Shown: positions 37,215-50,378, numbered from the whole stretch's first letter. The stretch: DNA of 61,791 nt, filler included, from Sphacelaria rigidula (GCA_964200075.2; 5 parts of 5 records of this genome joined end to end with filler, not necessarily neighbours in it), one strand, 5' to 3'. Numbers and translations: made by a program. The notes: a model not told the origin generated them from the sequence alone.

Positions 37215-38765
37215 GCCGCGCCCCCGGTGGTGTAAATGAGAGGGAAAGGCTATTTACCAGTCGCGACTTGTAAATAGTTATGTACAAGTCCAGCCGCGTT
37301 TTGAATACCTGCCCGCGTTCGTCCCAAGTGCCTTGCATCAACACCACAGCCGCTGCAATACACTCACATAGTCCGTAGCCATCGTTCGAGCCACCGCACG
37401 GTGTAAGCGGCCGCGTTGCGGACAAGAAACGCGCCTGCTACACACAGTGTCAAAAATACCGCCACCCGATTGTACTTGCAATAGCTATGTAGAACTCGCT
37501 ACTGGTAAATAGAGATGTATAAATCGAGCGAGTGGAATACCTGTCCGCGTCCGTCCCATGTGCCTTACATCGACACCACAGCAGCTGCAATACAATCACA
37601 CAGTCCATGGCCATCGCTCAAGCTCTTGCACAGTGCAATCATTACGCGGCGGGCGCGAATCGTGCCCGCCACTCACTATGCCAAGCAATGCCACTGCACC
37701 CGACTGGACTTGGACATGGCCCCAGTCAAAAACGCGACTAAGGCAACTTGAACATAATATATGTTGAGTGGGGGCTGGGTGCCCTGGGAGCACTTGACCA
37801 TGTGCTTGCGATTGATAGCGGCCGCGGTACAGACGAGAACGCCAACAGGTGACTGCCACTAGTACATTTTAACCGCGTTATTCTACGATGCACTCAGGTT
37901 TGGGGCAGGTTAGGCATGTATTTACAGTGTTCAATTAACCAGGAATGCACACGCTGCTCAGCTGGCTCGCGTGGTACGTCATCAACGTTGAGACAAATTG
38001 CGGCTGGATTTGTACATGACTATTTACAAACCCAGTCCGGTCGCGGTCTGTTTGGGCACTGTACTATGTGTGTAGCAGGCGCGTTTCTCGTCCGCTACTG
38101 GGCCGTTTGCAGAGTGCGATGGCTCGAACGATGGTTACGGATTGTGTGGGTGTATTCCAGCTGCTGTGTTGTCGATGCAAGGCACACGGGACGAACGCGG
38201 GCAGGTAGTCAAATCGCGGCTGAACTTGTACATGAATATTTACAAGTCCAGTCGGGTGGCGGTCTGTGTGGGCACCGTGTGTAGCAGGTGCGTTCCTCTA
38301 CTGGGCCGTTTGCACTGTGCGATGGCTCGAACGATGGCTACGGACTGTGTGAGTGTATTTCAGCTGCTGTGTTGTCGATACAAGGCACATGGGACGAACG
38401 CGGGCAGGTAGTCAAATCGCGGCTGGATTTGTACATAACTATCAACCAGTCGCGACTGGTAAATAGCCTTTCCATAAATAAAAATGGTCCGATTGTCACC
38501 ATAGGGTGGAGAGAACGTGGGTTCGTTTTCCGCCGCGTTGGGTTTTTTCTTTCAAGTATCTGATTTCCACTGTCGAAAGCATGACTGCGTGAGTAAACAA
38601 AAAGGTAGCTAACTGAGTTTGTTTGACGAGAGTTGACGCAGTGCTGGTCATAATCCAATCCGCGAGGCCGAAATGCAAGGCGTGTAGCGGGGAGAGATGG
38701 GTTGATCCCTTGAGACCATGGACTCGTCCCAAGGGAGGGGAAGGGTTTAAAGTGCCACGAATAAA
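37215..38765 (+). mobile_element. Family-1 SINE split by an insertion (head 37215-37237, body 38483-38765)
   Basis: gccgcgcccccggtggtgta... and ...aatggtccgattgtcaccatagggtggagagaac rejoin to give the sequence at 5575. Confidence 0.85.
37243..38473. mobile_element. Foldback-type non-autonomous DNA transposon with long modular TIRs
   Basis: Termini ggaaaggctatttaccagtcgcgact / agtcgcgactggtaaatagcctttcc are a perfect 26-bp inverted pair. Each arm has two ~205-245-bp subrepeats. Confidence 0.88.
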
Positions 38766-38794
38766 ATTGAATTAAATAATAACAAGTGTTCAGC

Positions 38795-40880
38795 TTAAGA
38801 CAGCGGAGGGCACGAGTCAGGTGACTGAAAACGGGCGACAGGCATACCAGCAGAAAGACGATCACTTTTGGTAACATTCAACAAAATGAACACGAGACAA
38901 CACTTTGAACGGAAGGATATCTTCATCACCTCCGGCATTGGTCCGACAGAAGCGCCGTTCTCCAGTAACATTAACCCCATGCGGAGAACACAGGAACTGA
39001 ACGTCACTAATGCAGCCGTTGCCCGCCATTCCCCGGTGCTGGCGAGAAACTCATCGCGTCCTTGGGCTAGTAACACGGCCATCAGTGCCGGCCCCGGCGG
39101 GGGGCACCACCCCGACAAAAGTCCCGCCGCGAAGCTGGCCACTGCAAAAATACCTGGGCGATAACAGAACAGTGCACACGGATGTCATCTAGTGGACGTG
39201 TCAGGTGACCATATTTCGATTGACTGGGTTGATTGTCGAACATCAAGTAGGCAAATGGTCCCTGAGGGATCCTGGCGTATTTTCAAGTGAGAAAAAGCGT
39301 CAAAATTGGTGCTTCGATTGAGGCGGTCGTGCCCGCTATGGTCACCTCGTGGTGTATGCATGTGGTGCTCATGTGGTAGTCGATTTTCGGGTATGTCAAG
39401 TTGAGAGGGGAGCAAGGATGCTCGGGTGGTCTGGCATGAACAAGTTGGGCTGAAGCCTGGTTGAAACACGGCTGAATTTCTCAGCCACATCGTTCCGACT
39501 ATCAAGCCCTTTTTATTGGAGAGCTGAAGAGGGAAAAGTGATGGGGGAACTAGTTTCCGTGGCACAAGGGCGGGCTGCACCGCAATCTCAGGAGCAATAA
39601 ATTCATCGCGGTGCTAGATTGGTGAGCGCTACTGCACGTACAAAAAGAGCACGACATCTACGTGGGTGACCTGTATGAGATGTGAAGCCACGATACAGCG
39701 GAATGCGTACATGTGTTAACCGTAGCAGGTGTAGATACGACAGCCTGGGGGAAATAGAGAGAGTCGGCACGATCGATACTTATTTGATTTGACGACGAAC
39801 ACACCTGTTAGCTTCCAAGAGAGAGTACCCTGCCGCCCGCCGTCCCCAACTGTTCGTGAAGATTTCGTTTCTGGCCGGCGCTCCTTTTTCCACGAGGGAG
39901 AGCGAAGTGATCAGTTAAGGAAGTAAGTTCAAGCGTTCCATCGTTGCAGTGGGACAAAAAAAGACTTCCAATCACCCTCCTTCGGCAGTATGACGTGCCA
40001 GTCGGTGGCATTCTCCCAGTCTCCAATGCACGGGGGAAATGCAATACACATGTCTCTGGCTACTTTTAACGTTCTCCGCAGTCTGGTACTCTGGCTCGAA
40101 ATCGGTGCTGGTGGTGAATGCAGTATTCGATACCGAACGTGGCGCCGACAAACTGCCTACGATTCTTGGGTTTCTAGCGACTTTTGTCCGTGATTGTATC
40201 CCATAAATAAAAAAGTGGACGCAAAAAGATACACGCTGGTGAGGCACACGAATCTTTCCCAACATCTGTATACCACAGGACGGCGCGGAAAGCAGTAGTA
40301 ATTAGCTCTCGACCGACAATTTTGACCATATCAGCGATTATTTGACTGGTGATAACAACATATATCTCAAAAAGAGGGGCACAATGGCTTGAGCTTACCG
40401 CGAGCTCCATCCATGCTACGGTCAAGGATAATCCTAGCAGGCACGCTCCGAACATCGGCACGAAGGCAGCTCGAACAGACGTCGAAAACGCGTTGAGGGA
40501 CAGCACCACGCCCACAAAAGTCAACGGCAGGGTGTTGAGCAGAAGAGACCGGTTTATCAGCCGGTGATGCAGCGCCACCTTTGACACGAATATCGGTGTT
40601 CGGAGGTCAGCGGTTAGTTTTCGGTACCATCGGCATGATACGATAGCGTCTTGGCGTGTTTCCTGGAGGAGAGCAATCAATACAAGTGCGACACGCCCGC
40701 TACATAATCCCTTTGACTGCGATCCCCCCCGTACAGGAACTGAGATCGACAACTGTCCATTTGGCTCCAGGAAATTTCATTTTTTCACAGAGACACTTAC
40801 TTACGAGATCAGCCGGGTGTTGAACACTGTGCAAGTAAATACGTGCAGGAGAGCCCACGATCGGCCTGAGACAGTGGGCC
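38795..40880 (-). pseudogene. Decayed ORF-like region, unidentified
   Basis: Protein-like open stretches at 40174-40752 and 38795-39142. No domain recognised. Confidence 0.25.
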
Positions 40881-41269
40881 AAGTTTATGTTGTTTTTTTC
40901 GCCTAGCTATTTCTTGGGGTAGATGCTCCCATCCATCCTCTGTGAGTAGTGCCCGCTGGCTGCCACTGCCGCTGTGATGCACCCAAATGTATGTATCACG
41001 TGCTCAAATATGTGCGCCCATAGTCTCGGTGCTTTCGGGGCCGCGCCGGCACACCTCGATAGCTTTTTGATGTTTTGCACTCCATGTCACATCGTCTCAA
41101 CTGTCCGCACCTGCACAATTTGTCTGCATTGTTGCTGTGCCCCACTGTAGCTAGTTTTCCATCAGCGGGTACATACTCGTACGGTACAACAACAGTACAA
41201 AACACTCGTATGTGTCATCGCTCCCCACTACGTGCGGTCTGGGCCGTCGTTTCTGTCTCGGGTATTGTA

Positions 41270-42320
41270 CAACCACAGTGTGACGCTAGAAGTGAGTATA
41301 TCGGAGGTCAACTATCCACTTCGTGTAAAGATTCTTTCAAGAACGCTCTTTAGGAAATTGATGGTGCTGAGCACTACTTTTGAGTGTCCCTCATGACAGT
41401 ACCGAACGAATTGCGCTCCTTTTCAGCGCGATATACTACAACCACAGTGCCACAGTACAGTATATTGGAGGTCATACATCCACTTCGTAGAACGACTCTT
41501 TGAAGAACTTTCTTCAGGAAATTCATCATGCTGAGCACTACGTTTGAGTGTCCCTCATGACAGTCCCGAGCGAATTGCGCTCCTTTTCAGCACGAGCTAG
41601 CACACACAGCTAGCACACACAGCTAGCACACACACGCCCACGAAGACACTGCGCGGCGTCCCTGCTGCTACTGAAATTGCTGAGTTACTGTAGTCTTATC
41701 AATTTCGAGGAAAATACCTCAGCTGGTACTTACAGCAATCTGTCTCTACAGTACGTGTACGCTATGGAGTACTGAGATTGCACAGCGCATCTCCAACTGC
41801 TGCAGTTGCTATGCTGATGATATAGCGCCGAGGGCGGAGGGACACGGTACGGTGCAGCTGCCTCTGTCCAAACCCCATCACCACATTACAGCCAAATTTC
41901 GGGCTTGCACCCGAGACAAGTTGGTAAAAGGGGGCAGCGCTGGTGTGGTGTTACATACGGTGGATACTACCCACATCAGTAATTCCATGCTGTACTGATG
42001 GCACATCAACGTAACGATATGGGTAATTCTGTTTTGCGTAGAGTGGGCGGGTCTCTCGCCGGAGAACTGGACGGGATGGTTTCGACCCGATTCTTCGCTT
42101 GGCGAGTACTCTACACCCGAGCGACAGCACCCATTCCCCGACAGTACGCTCCGCACGAGACGAATCTGCGTGTTCTTCCAGGCTATCCTATTCCTCGCTA
42201 ATGGAGTCGATTGTTTTCAAACGTCAACATCGGTCATTCGGGGTACTCCACGCAGTACGACTGCACCGAAGGATGTGGCGAAACACCGAAACGGACAACC
42301 CGCTTATTACACCGAAGTGG
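41270..42320. repeat. Interspersed repeat, copy 2 (related to 905-1810), with a ~170-bp tandem duplication at 41269-41596
   Basis: acaaccacagtg...gctgagcactac...tgagtgtccctcatgacagt...gaattgcgctccttttcagc occurs twice; the remainder is colinear with scaffold 1. Confidence 0.85.
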
Positions 42321-42359
42321 GGGGAGCATACTCATTTCTTGCTTGCCTCAGTCACCCGA

Positions 42360-43244
42360 CCATTGACCGCGCATCCCTTTCGAGACAGAGCACCGCTCCT
42401 GGAGACACAATGCATCACGGTGACCGTCACCAAAGCCCTTGCAGCAGCCCCTGACCGTGCCAGTGACATTGACTCCGAGGATGAGCTCGTGGCCACTTGG
42501 AAAACGTTCACGCTCACGGACGAGTCCCGGGCGTCAGCCTCAACGCGGGCTGTCCCGCTGATCTTCCCGAATTCGAGTTTCGGGAATAGCCACCGGGACG
42601 CCTCGCTGAGCTACGTCATCCGGCTATCCGAAGCATAGAAAAATGACATCGCCGCCAATTGCAAGGCCGAGATCCAGACTTTGCGGCCAAAGACACCGCT
42701 CCCCCAGTCCCCCGGGGAGGAATTCTGGGAATTCCTGAAAGGGGAGGAGCTGACCCGTATCGTCAGCACTACATCACCTCCCGGGTTGGGTTGCAAGCCA
42801 TGCTCGTCCCTCGACCTCGCGGCCCCAGACGTATTTCGTCCGCTCTTGCGCTCGTTTGGCACTAAAACGCTGCGGCATACGAGGCAGTACGTCTCAGCCG
42901 AACTCGACGCGAAGAGAGAAGATGGGTTTATCATCAGCGCCCTCCGCGAGGAAGTGGCAGCCTTAGAACTGGCTGAGGAGATCCTCCGTGACGCCGTGAG
43001 GGGGCCAGCGAGAAGATCCTCCGCCCACCACCTGTGAGACCGGTTAATGAGGGTCCGAAAGCTGAGGATACCCCTCGCGGAGCACTGGGAGTGGGTGGCG
43101 AGGGAAGACGGCCAGCGGCTCAACGTAGAGTGGGCTCTCGACGAACTGAGCGCAGCACACACCACGGTGCGGCTTATCGAACGGCAGCTGGAGGACGCCA
43201 TCGCCGCACGAGAGGCGAAGATGACCCAGTTGCTTGAAATTTGA
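42360..43244 (+). pseudogene. ~290-codon frame with two premature stops and a coiled-coil-like C-terminus
   Basis: Track ORFs 42099, 42681 and 43047 share one frame, broken only by TAG 42636-42638 and TGA 43035-43037. Confidence 0.6.
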
Positions 43245-43571
43245 AATTTGTCGACCCCATTGGGTGCATGGGATCCGGGCGCGCGGTTGGTGAGTACATA
43301 CAGGGGTATATCACTGCATAGTGACGTATCTTTTCCCCGACCCATCGACCGGAACGTACCTGTCGGGACGTACCGACCCATCGACCTATCCCATGCACGC
43401 GCGCCGACGTACATCTCACGTACGTGTACCTATCTACCTGTCACGCGTACGTGCGTTTCTGGCCCAGGTACCTGTAAGCGGTACTTTCATCAAATCGTTG
43501 TGTTGCAATCATTCAATACACAGTATATCTAAAACCCCGACACCACCCGCGCTGCTGTCATTGTGCCGCAG

Positions 43572-45059
43572 GAGAGATATGTCCCGGATGCTCGAACCCG
43601 ACCCTGTTCCGGCTGGCGAAGAGTACGACTCTGGAGCGGGTCCTAGTAAAAGGATTGGCGGAGTTGGTGATAGTCGCGACTCACCTGCGATATTTCTTAG
43701 GTGAGTCGTCGCGTCCGCGTGTGACATGTATGTAGGAACGCGTACATATGACAGTCGGTAGTCGGTAGTCGGTAGTCGGTACGTACCAAGGGGGTACAGT
43801 GAGAACGGGACGTACCGAGAGGCACGTTGCGATGTCCGTACGTCCCGGGATACACAGGTAGTACTTCAACCCTAACCCTAAATTTATGTCCCTACGGTGC
43901 ATAGTAAGTACGTCCCTGTTATCCTACCGCCCCTGGCGTGCTGTGGCACACTACAATACCCCCGTCGCCTGTCCATACCCCGGTGTTCCCTCCCTATATG
44001 CCCACGCGCCCACAGGGAGCGAAGCCGTCCTCAAAGAACTCGACACGGTCTTCGGCGACGCACGGTGGGATCCCGCCGCTGCGTCCGACTTCGTCGCTAG
44101 TGACGGTAGGAGTTCCGCGAGATGGTAGAGGATGTCGTCAAGGAGTTGACGTGAGTGCACACGACGGACAGTTGCTTCCCACATTAGAACACGAGAAAGG
44201 GACGCACCGAGCGGTACGTACCGATGCGTGCGTACTGATGTGTGCGTAACGATGTGTACGTACCGCCGTACGTAGGCTTACGTGCTGACGCACCCCCGTA
44301 CACGTTTCGGTACCCGAAAACCTACCGCAGGCGGGGCGGAGCCACGAGGAAAGCAACCCTGCTGGGACATCCCCGGATCGAGTCGCCAGCGTTCGAGCCC
44401 GAGGTCGAGGTGTACATGGTCACCTTCGAGTACTTGTTTACGCTCGAGGAATAGCGCAAAGCTTCCGGGCCGCCCATGACCGGCCCGCCGCTTCCGACCA
44501 GGACGGCACCTCCCATGTCAAATCCAAAGGACGTGGGACCACAGCCGGCACCGATTCCGACGACCGGAACAGATGCGGCGGCTGCGGGGGCGGCGAAAGA
44601 GGCACCGGCCAAGACGGGGATGATTAAGGCCGTCAAGATGGCCAAGACGGCCAAGACAGCACGCGACAAAAAGCACGCTCATAGCGCACCCGTGGTTGCC
44701 GCACTCGGAGACGCGGAGGCCACGCCGTCACGACCCGCCGCCACCGGCGCGAGATCCGCCGTCGCTCCCGCCGTCCCTCCCCCGCCGCAGAACCTCCCCC
44801 GCCGCAGAAGGCGAAGACCTCGTCGGGGGCGGGCGGCCTGGACGACCTGGCGGGTACCCCAGAGGATGAACCGCCGGCGACATCGAATGAGGGGATGACC
44901 TCCCCTGGGGGTTTGATCATGAACGACGACGGCACCCGTGCGAGTGTCCGCCAACGCAGGCGGAAGGAGAAGGATGATTCGGGCGGGGTAGAGGGAAAGG
45001 AATATGGGAGTGGCGACGACGAACCCTCGGACGGAGACGAGTCCGGGGAGAATGGGTAG
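43572..45059 (+). pseudogene. Three-exon spliced pseudogene (43572-43700, 44016-44150, 44331-45059), unknown protein
   Basis: cag|...|gtgagt introns with compatible phases give EICPGC...THLRYFL-G-SEAVLKELD...VKEL-T-RGGATRK. Has a frameshift near 44107, TAG at 44452 and an Ala/Pro-rich then acidic tail. Confidence 0.6.
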
Positions 45060-45204
45060 ATTAGATGTAGATGTGACGAGTACGCTACGGTAGACAAGTA
45101 AGTACCGCTCGGTACGTACGTATAGGTACGTCCCCAGCGGTACGTACCTGTAGGTACGTGCCGACGTACACAGAGAAAGGGTGCAAAAGCGAAAAAATGA
45201 ACTC

Positions 45205-46780
45205 TTGCACGGTGATGTATTGGCCAGGGTGTGTATTGTTTTCTTTTCCAGTCACCGGCGCAGCGCACAACAACAATCGCTGCCATCGCTGCACCCGACA
45301 AACACAGAGGGTACAGTAGTATGATGCACCGTGATGTATTGTCCAGGATGTGTCTTGTTTCCCGTCACGAACGCAGCACAGCACAGCACAGCACACACCG
45401 ACATCGCGACATCCCGCTCAACAACAACCACCACCATCGCTGCACCCGACAAACACAGAAGGTACAGTGGTATGATGCACCGTGATGAACTGTATTGTTA
45501 ATTGTATTGTTTCCCGTCACGAACGCAGCACAGCGCACACCGACATCGCGACGTCCCGCTCGGTCCGTACCGGTCGGGACGTACCGAGCGGGACGTAGCG
45601 ATCGGAACGTACCAATGACGTGACCGACGTGTATGGATGGCCATCTGCGGTCATGCTACAGTCAAGAGGCGCAACCTCAGACCAGCGCCCACTTGCCATC
45701 TACTTGTTACGCAGAGAGCAGCAACACAGACAGCACCAACACTACTGCCACAAAGAACATCAGTGACGGCATTGTGTAACCAAAGCAGGGGGATCATGAC
45801 TTCAGCGCCGGCGAGGAAGGATATTGCTGAAGTGATTGGTGACAAAAAGGGTTACTGGGTGTACCAGTCCAGCGAAAGGGCTAGCCCGATCTTCTATTCG
45901 CAGCACATCCTCACGTGCCCCCTCTGCCCCCCGAACAACGCATGGTGAGGATCGTTCTGCGCGGTAACCATGACGGGAGGTCCCGCGGACTGGGAGAACC
46001 TGCCCTTCTATTGCTTGCAAGATCCTGAGGGTGACAGGACATTCGATCGTCGCTCCAGGGTGGAGGTCAGGAAGGAGATATTGAAGCACCTCAGGTGGAA
46101 TCACAAAGATATCTTCCTCCGCCCGCACCACGGGAAAGGAACTAATTGCTTTGGTTACGACTGAAAAACATCCTGCGTTTCAAAAGTTTTTTTCACAGTG
46201 AATAAGACGACCACCCCCTCCGCTCCCTGTGTAAGCGCAAGGAGGTGAAGGGAGCTCGAATATCGAGGGCCTTGCCACGGTCGATGGATCGGTGCGTCCC
46301 GACAATATACCGCGGAAAGGAGGGAAATTCAAGGACACTCCAGAGAGTACCGGGCTGTGGTGAGTACCTTTCAGCAGCGTTCCGTACTTGTGTGTATTCG
46401 CCCGGCTGTAGTGCAACGACCCTTGAAGGTCCGTACCCGTCGGTCACTGTCACGAGATCGGTACGTCCCGATCGGACAATACAATGCACCACGGTGCATC
46501 ATACCACTTCACCCTCTGTGTTTGTCGGGTGCAGCGATAGTGGTGGTTATTGTTGAGCGGGACGTCGCGATGTCGGTGTGTGCTGTGCTGTGCTGTGCTG
46601 TGCTGCGTTCGTGACGGGATATACTATACACCCGGGACAATACAATGCACCACGGTGCATCATACCACTGTACCCTCTGTGTTTGTCGGGTGCAGTGATG
46701 GTGGTAAATGTTGTTGTGCGCTGCGCCGGTGACTGGAAAAGAAAACAATACACACCCTGGAAAATACATCACGGTGCATC
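45205..46780. repeat. Long inverted repeat (arms ~45205-45637 and ~46431-46780)
   Basis: cagggtgtgtattgttttcttttccagtcaccggcgcagcgcacaacaaca is mirrored at ~46709-46760. Each arm has an internal duplication of gcacccgacaaacacaga..gg..agt.gtatgatgcaccgtg. Confidence 0.92.
45796..46164 (+). pseudogene. 122-codon ORF with one in-frame TGA, BED-zinc-finger-like
   Basis: MTSAPARK...GYWVY...TCPLC...AW*GS...EILKHLRWNH...GYD*. Aromatic motif, CxxC and HxxxH; TGA at 45946-45948. Confidence 0.5.
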
Positions 46781-47730
46781 ATACCACTTCACAGGCGCTC
46801 ACTTGGCGGAAGCAGAATAAAACACTCAGGCATCTTCTCAGAACAGAGAGCTGATTAAAAGCTGGTGAGAGAAGAAACGCGTAGCAGAGTGAATACAATA
46901 GGGACTATCCCAAGCTATAAATGTTCTCATCAAAACAAGCTACTTGTACTATGAAGCTGTATAATCCCTTCATGCTATAGGTCCTTACGATTGACTCCAC
47001 GTGCTTGGTCCCTTGTTACTCGACCCTTACCATGCTTGATCTTTTGGTCTTGACCTGTTTGTCTCCTGGGTATCTTTGTGCCCAATCCTTTCCTGCTACA
47101 GGCTTCTACGTCCAACCAAACTGTATCAAAACTTACAAGATATTGAATCTCCACTTCAGTACAAACTTGACAGTATAACGTAACCGATCATTTGGAGCGT
47201 AACGAGTTGTACCGCTCATTTGTTATTATTGTTACTTATTATTATTTCCGCACATTAGTCCGGTCTCGCGAACCCGTGGTCACAGACGTAGGCTCGCCTT
47301 TCCAATACCGTCCTTGCTATTCCTTACCAGACACATTACCAAAAGAAAGAAAAAATAAGAAGAGAGACGCCACGAAAACCGGTGAGAAGTAGCTCCCTCA
47401 ACGGGGAGAGAAAAGAAAGAAAAACAAACAACTGCCAGATCCGCCAAAAGTGTACACCGAAAGAAAGGAAGAGAGAAGATAATACAGGACAAAACAGGAA
47501 AAGACAGGTGACACAAGGAGACTAGTATGACCACTATTCATCATATTTGAATACTTCCGACAGAGAATCGTTTTCCGCCGGGTGTTGTTTGCAAGTGCGG
47601 TAACCTCATTCTTAGAGGAACGGATTGCTTCAGGTACGATTGAAAAACAGTGAATAACACGACCACCCCCCCCCCCCCCCCCCCCCCCCCGTCCGGACAC
47701 CGGCGGCGCACCGGACAAAGAAAGAAAGAA

Positions 47731-47740
47731 NNNNNNNNNN
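47731..47740. other. Within-scaffold assembly gap
   Basis: Ten Ns between poly-C tracts. The flanks (47647-47670, 47820-47885) repeat 46196-46283. Confidence 0.95.
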
Positions 47741-49414
47741 TAAGAGGGTTCGTCTTCCGTTGTGGTTGCTTACGTTACAATCAAAAAACCGCAAAAAACC
47801 CGCCCCCCCCCCCCCCCCCCCCGCTCAATGTGTAGGCGCAAGGAGGTAAAAGGGAGCTCGAATATCGAAAACCTTGCCACGGTGCGTAGAGGGATTGCAG
47901 CACCAGCGTCAACAGGGTTCGGAGTCAGCAGCGACACCCCGGAGAAGGGACGACAAGGGCATCAATCGACTCCATGGCCGTGTCGAAAACGTGTGGGGAA
48001 AACCAGCGCCGCCCCGACACTGTCGCCGCCCGTTTTGGATCTTCCACGAGGAGTAGACACCACTGGTTTGCGATTGATGGAAAATTGCTATTCATGTGGT
48101 GGATCACGTATAGGACAAAGGGTGCGTTGAGCACGTCGAAAACCGTGTGCTGGCCAAGATGGAAAATTTCGACGGGCTTGTGGAAGTCTCAAGTGCCCCT
48201 TTGCGCTAGACCAATGCTGCTTCTGCGATGAAGATGCACTGGTAGGATGCCGATCCTATGTTCAAGTATCTGAGTAATCTGTCGCCCGTCTGCCCGTCGT
48301 TTGTTCGGCGTTTCCCGCCCCTGGCTCATATATGATTGCTGTGTCTCATGTATGTTTGCTGTTTCTCGAAAGTGGTTGTTTCCGTCTTTCTCAGCCATTT
48401 TACGATAAACGATGAAGCTTTAGGCACCTCATTTCCCATCACCGATGCAACCGTGACAAAAAAAATACAGAGACAGGGTATTGATGAAATGACTCGCCTT
48501 TTTGCCGTACGTACTGTAGTAAATAATTTGACCGCAGTATCTCCGCAAACTCCTCCGTGATCTGTTCAAATCATGGTGGGGGGGCAGGAAACAGACGCGC
48601 TCGCGGTCGCATGACCTGCATCGCTCAAGACTGTAAGGGACGGCTGAAACACGATCACAGAGGCAAATGCTCTCGTTCTCGTCCCGTGCAAATTTGTGGC
48701 CGCCCAGACGCCGTCTCCTGTACGTTGTGCGTGTATGTCCTCAGCCATACAAGGAGGAAGGGGGCGACTGATTCCGCTCACCACGAAGCATTGACGGCGC
48801 AAGGAGCCACAAGGAAGATAACGTCCTGAACCGATATCGTAATTTTTTTTCGTTCTGCCTCCAGCACGCGAGAGCTGGATGCTGTTTTGCCAAGATATAT
48901 ATACACTCCGTGTGCGAAACAACATGGGGCGGCCGAGTGCTTGTTTGCAATGAACGGGGAGCACGGAATGTGCACGCGGTACAAGTGGAAATGGGTAAAT
49001 CGTCGCCGTAAGCTTTCGTACTGCTGCCCGGATAAGGCCGGCCGTTACCTCTGCAAACGAGCGGGGGACAGTGCGCTGCGGTCTTGTGTGGGCACGGCGC
49101 CGCCCTCGGCACACGGGGCGAACAACCCACCTCAGTTGGCATCCGCGAAGGAGCTTTTGCAGGGTTGCGGTTTGCAGTGAGGAACGCGGGAGTTCTGGGC
49201 AGAACGAGGTCGACCGAATCATGAAGATGTACCGTGAGGCTGGCGCGTGAGTGTGTGTGTGCGTGTGCGTGTGCGTGTGCGTGCGTTTTCACTCCGTCAC
49301 GAGAGGTTTGTTGCCTTTCATCGTCTACAGGGCTTTAACGGGGGGGGGGGGGGGTTCCGAGGAGCAGAAAGGGAAAAAACTGTGCGCGCACATCCATGTT
49401 AACGGTATAGTGAT

Positions 49415-49514
49415 NNNNNNNNNNNNNNNNNNNNNNNNNNNNNNNNNNNNNNNNNNNNTTAATTAATTAANNNNNNNNNNNNNNNNNNNNNNNNNNNNNN
49501 NNNNNNNNNNNNNN
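49415..49514. other. Artificial scaffold-join linker
   Basis: N44-TTAATTAATTAA-N44. Confidence 0.99.
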
Positions 49515-50150
49515 TAAGGAGTCGGGGCCCCCCGAGACCTACCCCCTCCCCCCCCCCGCCCCTCTTCCGTTCTGCGGCCGCGGGCCCCAAACGGCCCCCC
49601 CCCCCCCCGGCTGATGAGGGGGCCCCGCGGGAGCGCCGCCGGAGGCGAGAAACGTTGCGTTATTTGGATTGTTTTTTCTTCAAAAACGTTGAAAATTATA
49701 TGAAATATGACCCCTCACATGGAGGAGCTACAAGTCTTGGGTGACACTCATCTCCCATTCGAAGCGGTCAGCGATTCGAGAATCATTCATCTGTAGTATG
49801 CAGCAGCAGACGTTCCGTGTGGAGAGGAAAATGCAAACAAGCTCAGGCTGGCAGCACGTGGGGATAAAGTGTATGGAATAAAAAAAGAGCCTTCTTTTTT
49901 TTTTGGAGAGGTTCGGGTGTTCTTGTGAAAAGATGATCGTTACCATACTAAAACGCCCCAAACCAGTGAGAAATACAAAAAAACAGCCCGGCCCACTTCT
50001 GTTTTGGTTCATCATGCCCTGTGGTAGCGAGGTCCCACACAAACGTTCAATACACAAACACCGAACGCGGGCCGGTAAGTGGCCTGCAAAATACTGTTCC
50101 GAATTTTTACCGACCCGGATTTTCAACGGCCCATCCACAAATTAATAGTT

Positions 50151-50378
50151 AGAGTTGGACCCTAAAATTTGGCATGGGCAATCATTGGGGCACGATTAAA
50201 AGAGTTGTCCGTGGATCCAAAGAGGTTTTTCGTTTTTTTCATGAGTTGAAGGCAATAATCAGTTTTCAGGTTTCAGTAAAATGCCGTTCAATCATGGTGA
50301 AAAACTGTGGGCCCATGCATAGTTGTTTTTCTCATGCTGTATTGATTGTCCGTACTGAAGTTTAGGGTCCAAGTGTGA
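50151..50378. mobile_element. Small MITE
   Basis: Inverted termini ttggaccctaaa / tttagggtccaa about 220 bp apart; non-coding. Confidence 0.6.

Noticed and set aside
43866-43882. Telomere (ccctaaccct; also near 309 and 25081)
   Set aside because: Only 1-2 units are present, they are internal, and they are embedded in repeats.
46804-47172. Solo LTR (TG...CA, LTR-like composition)
   Set aside because: There is no TSD and no second copy in the window.
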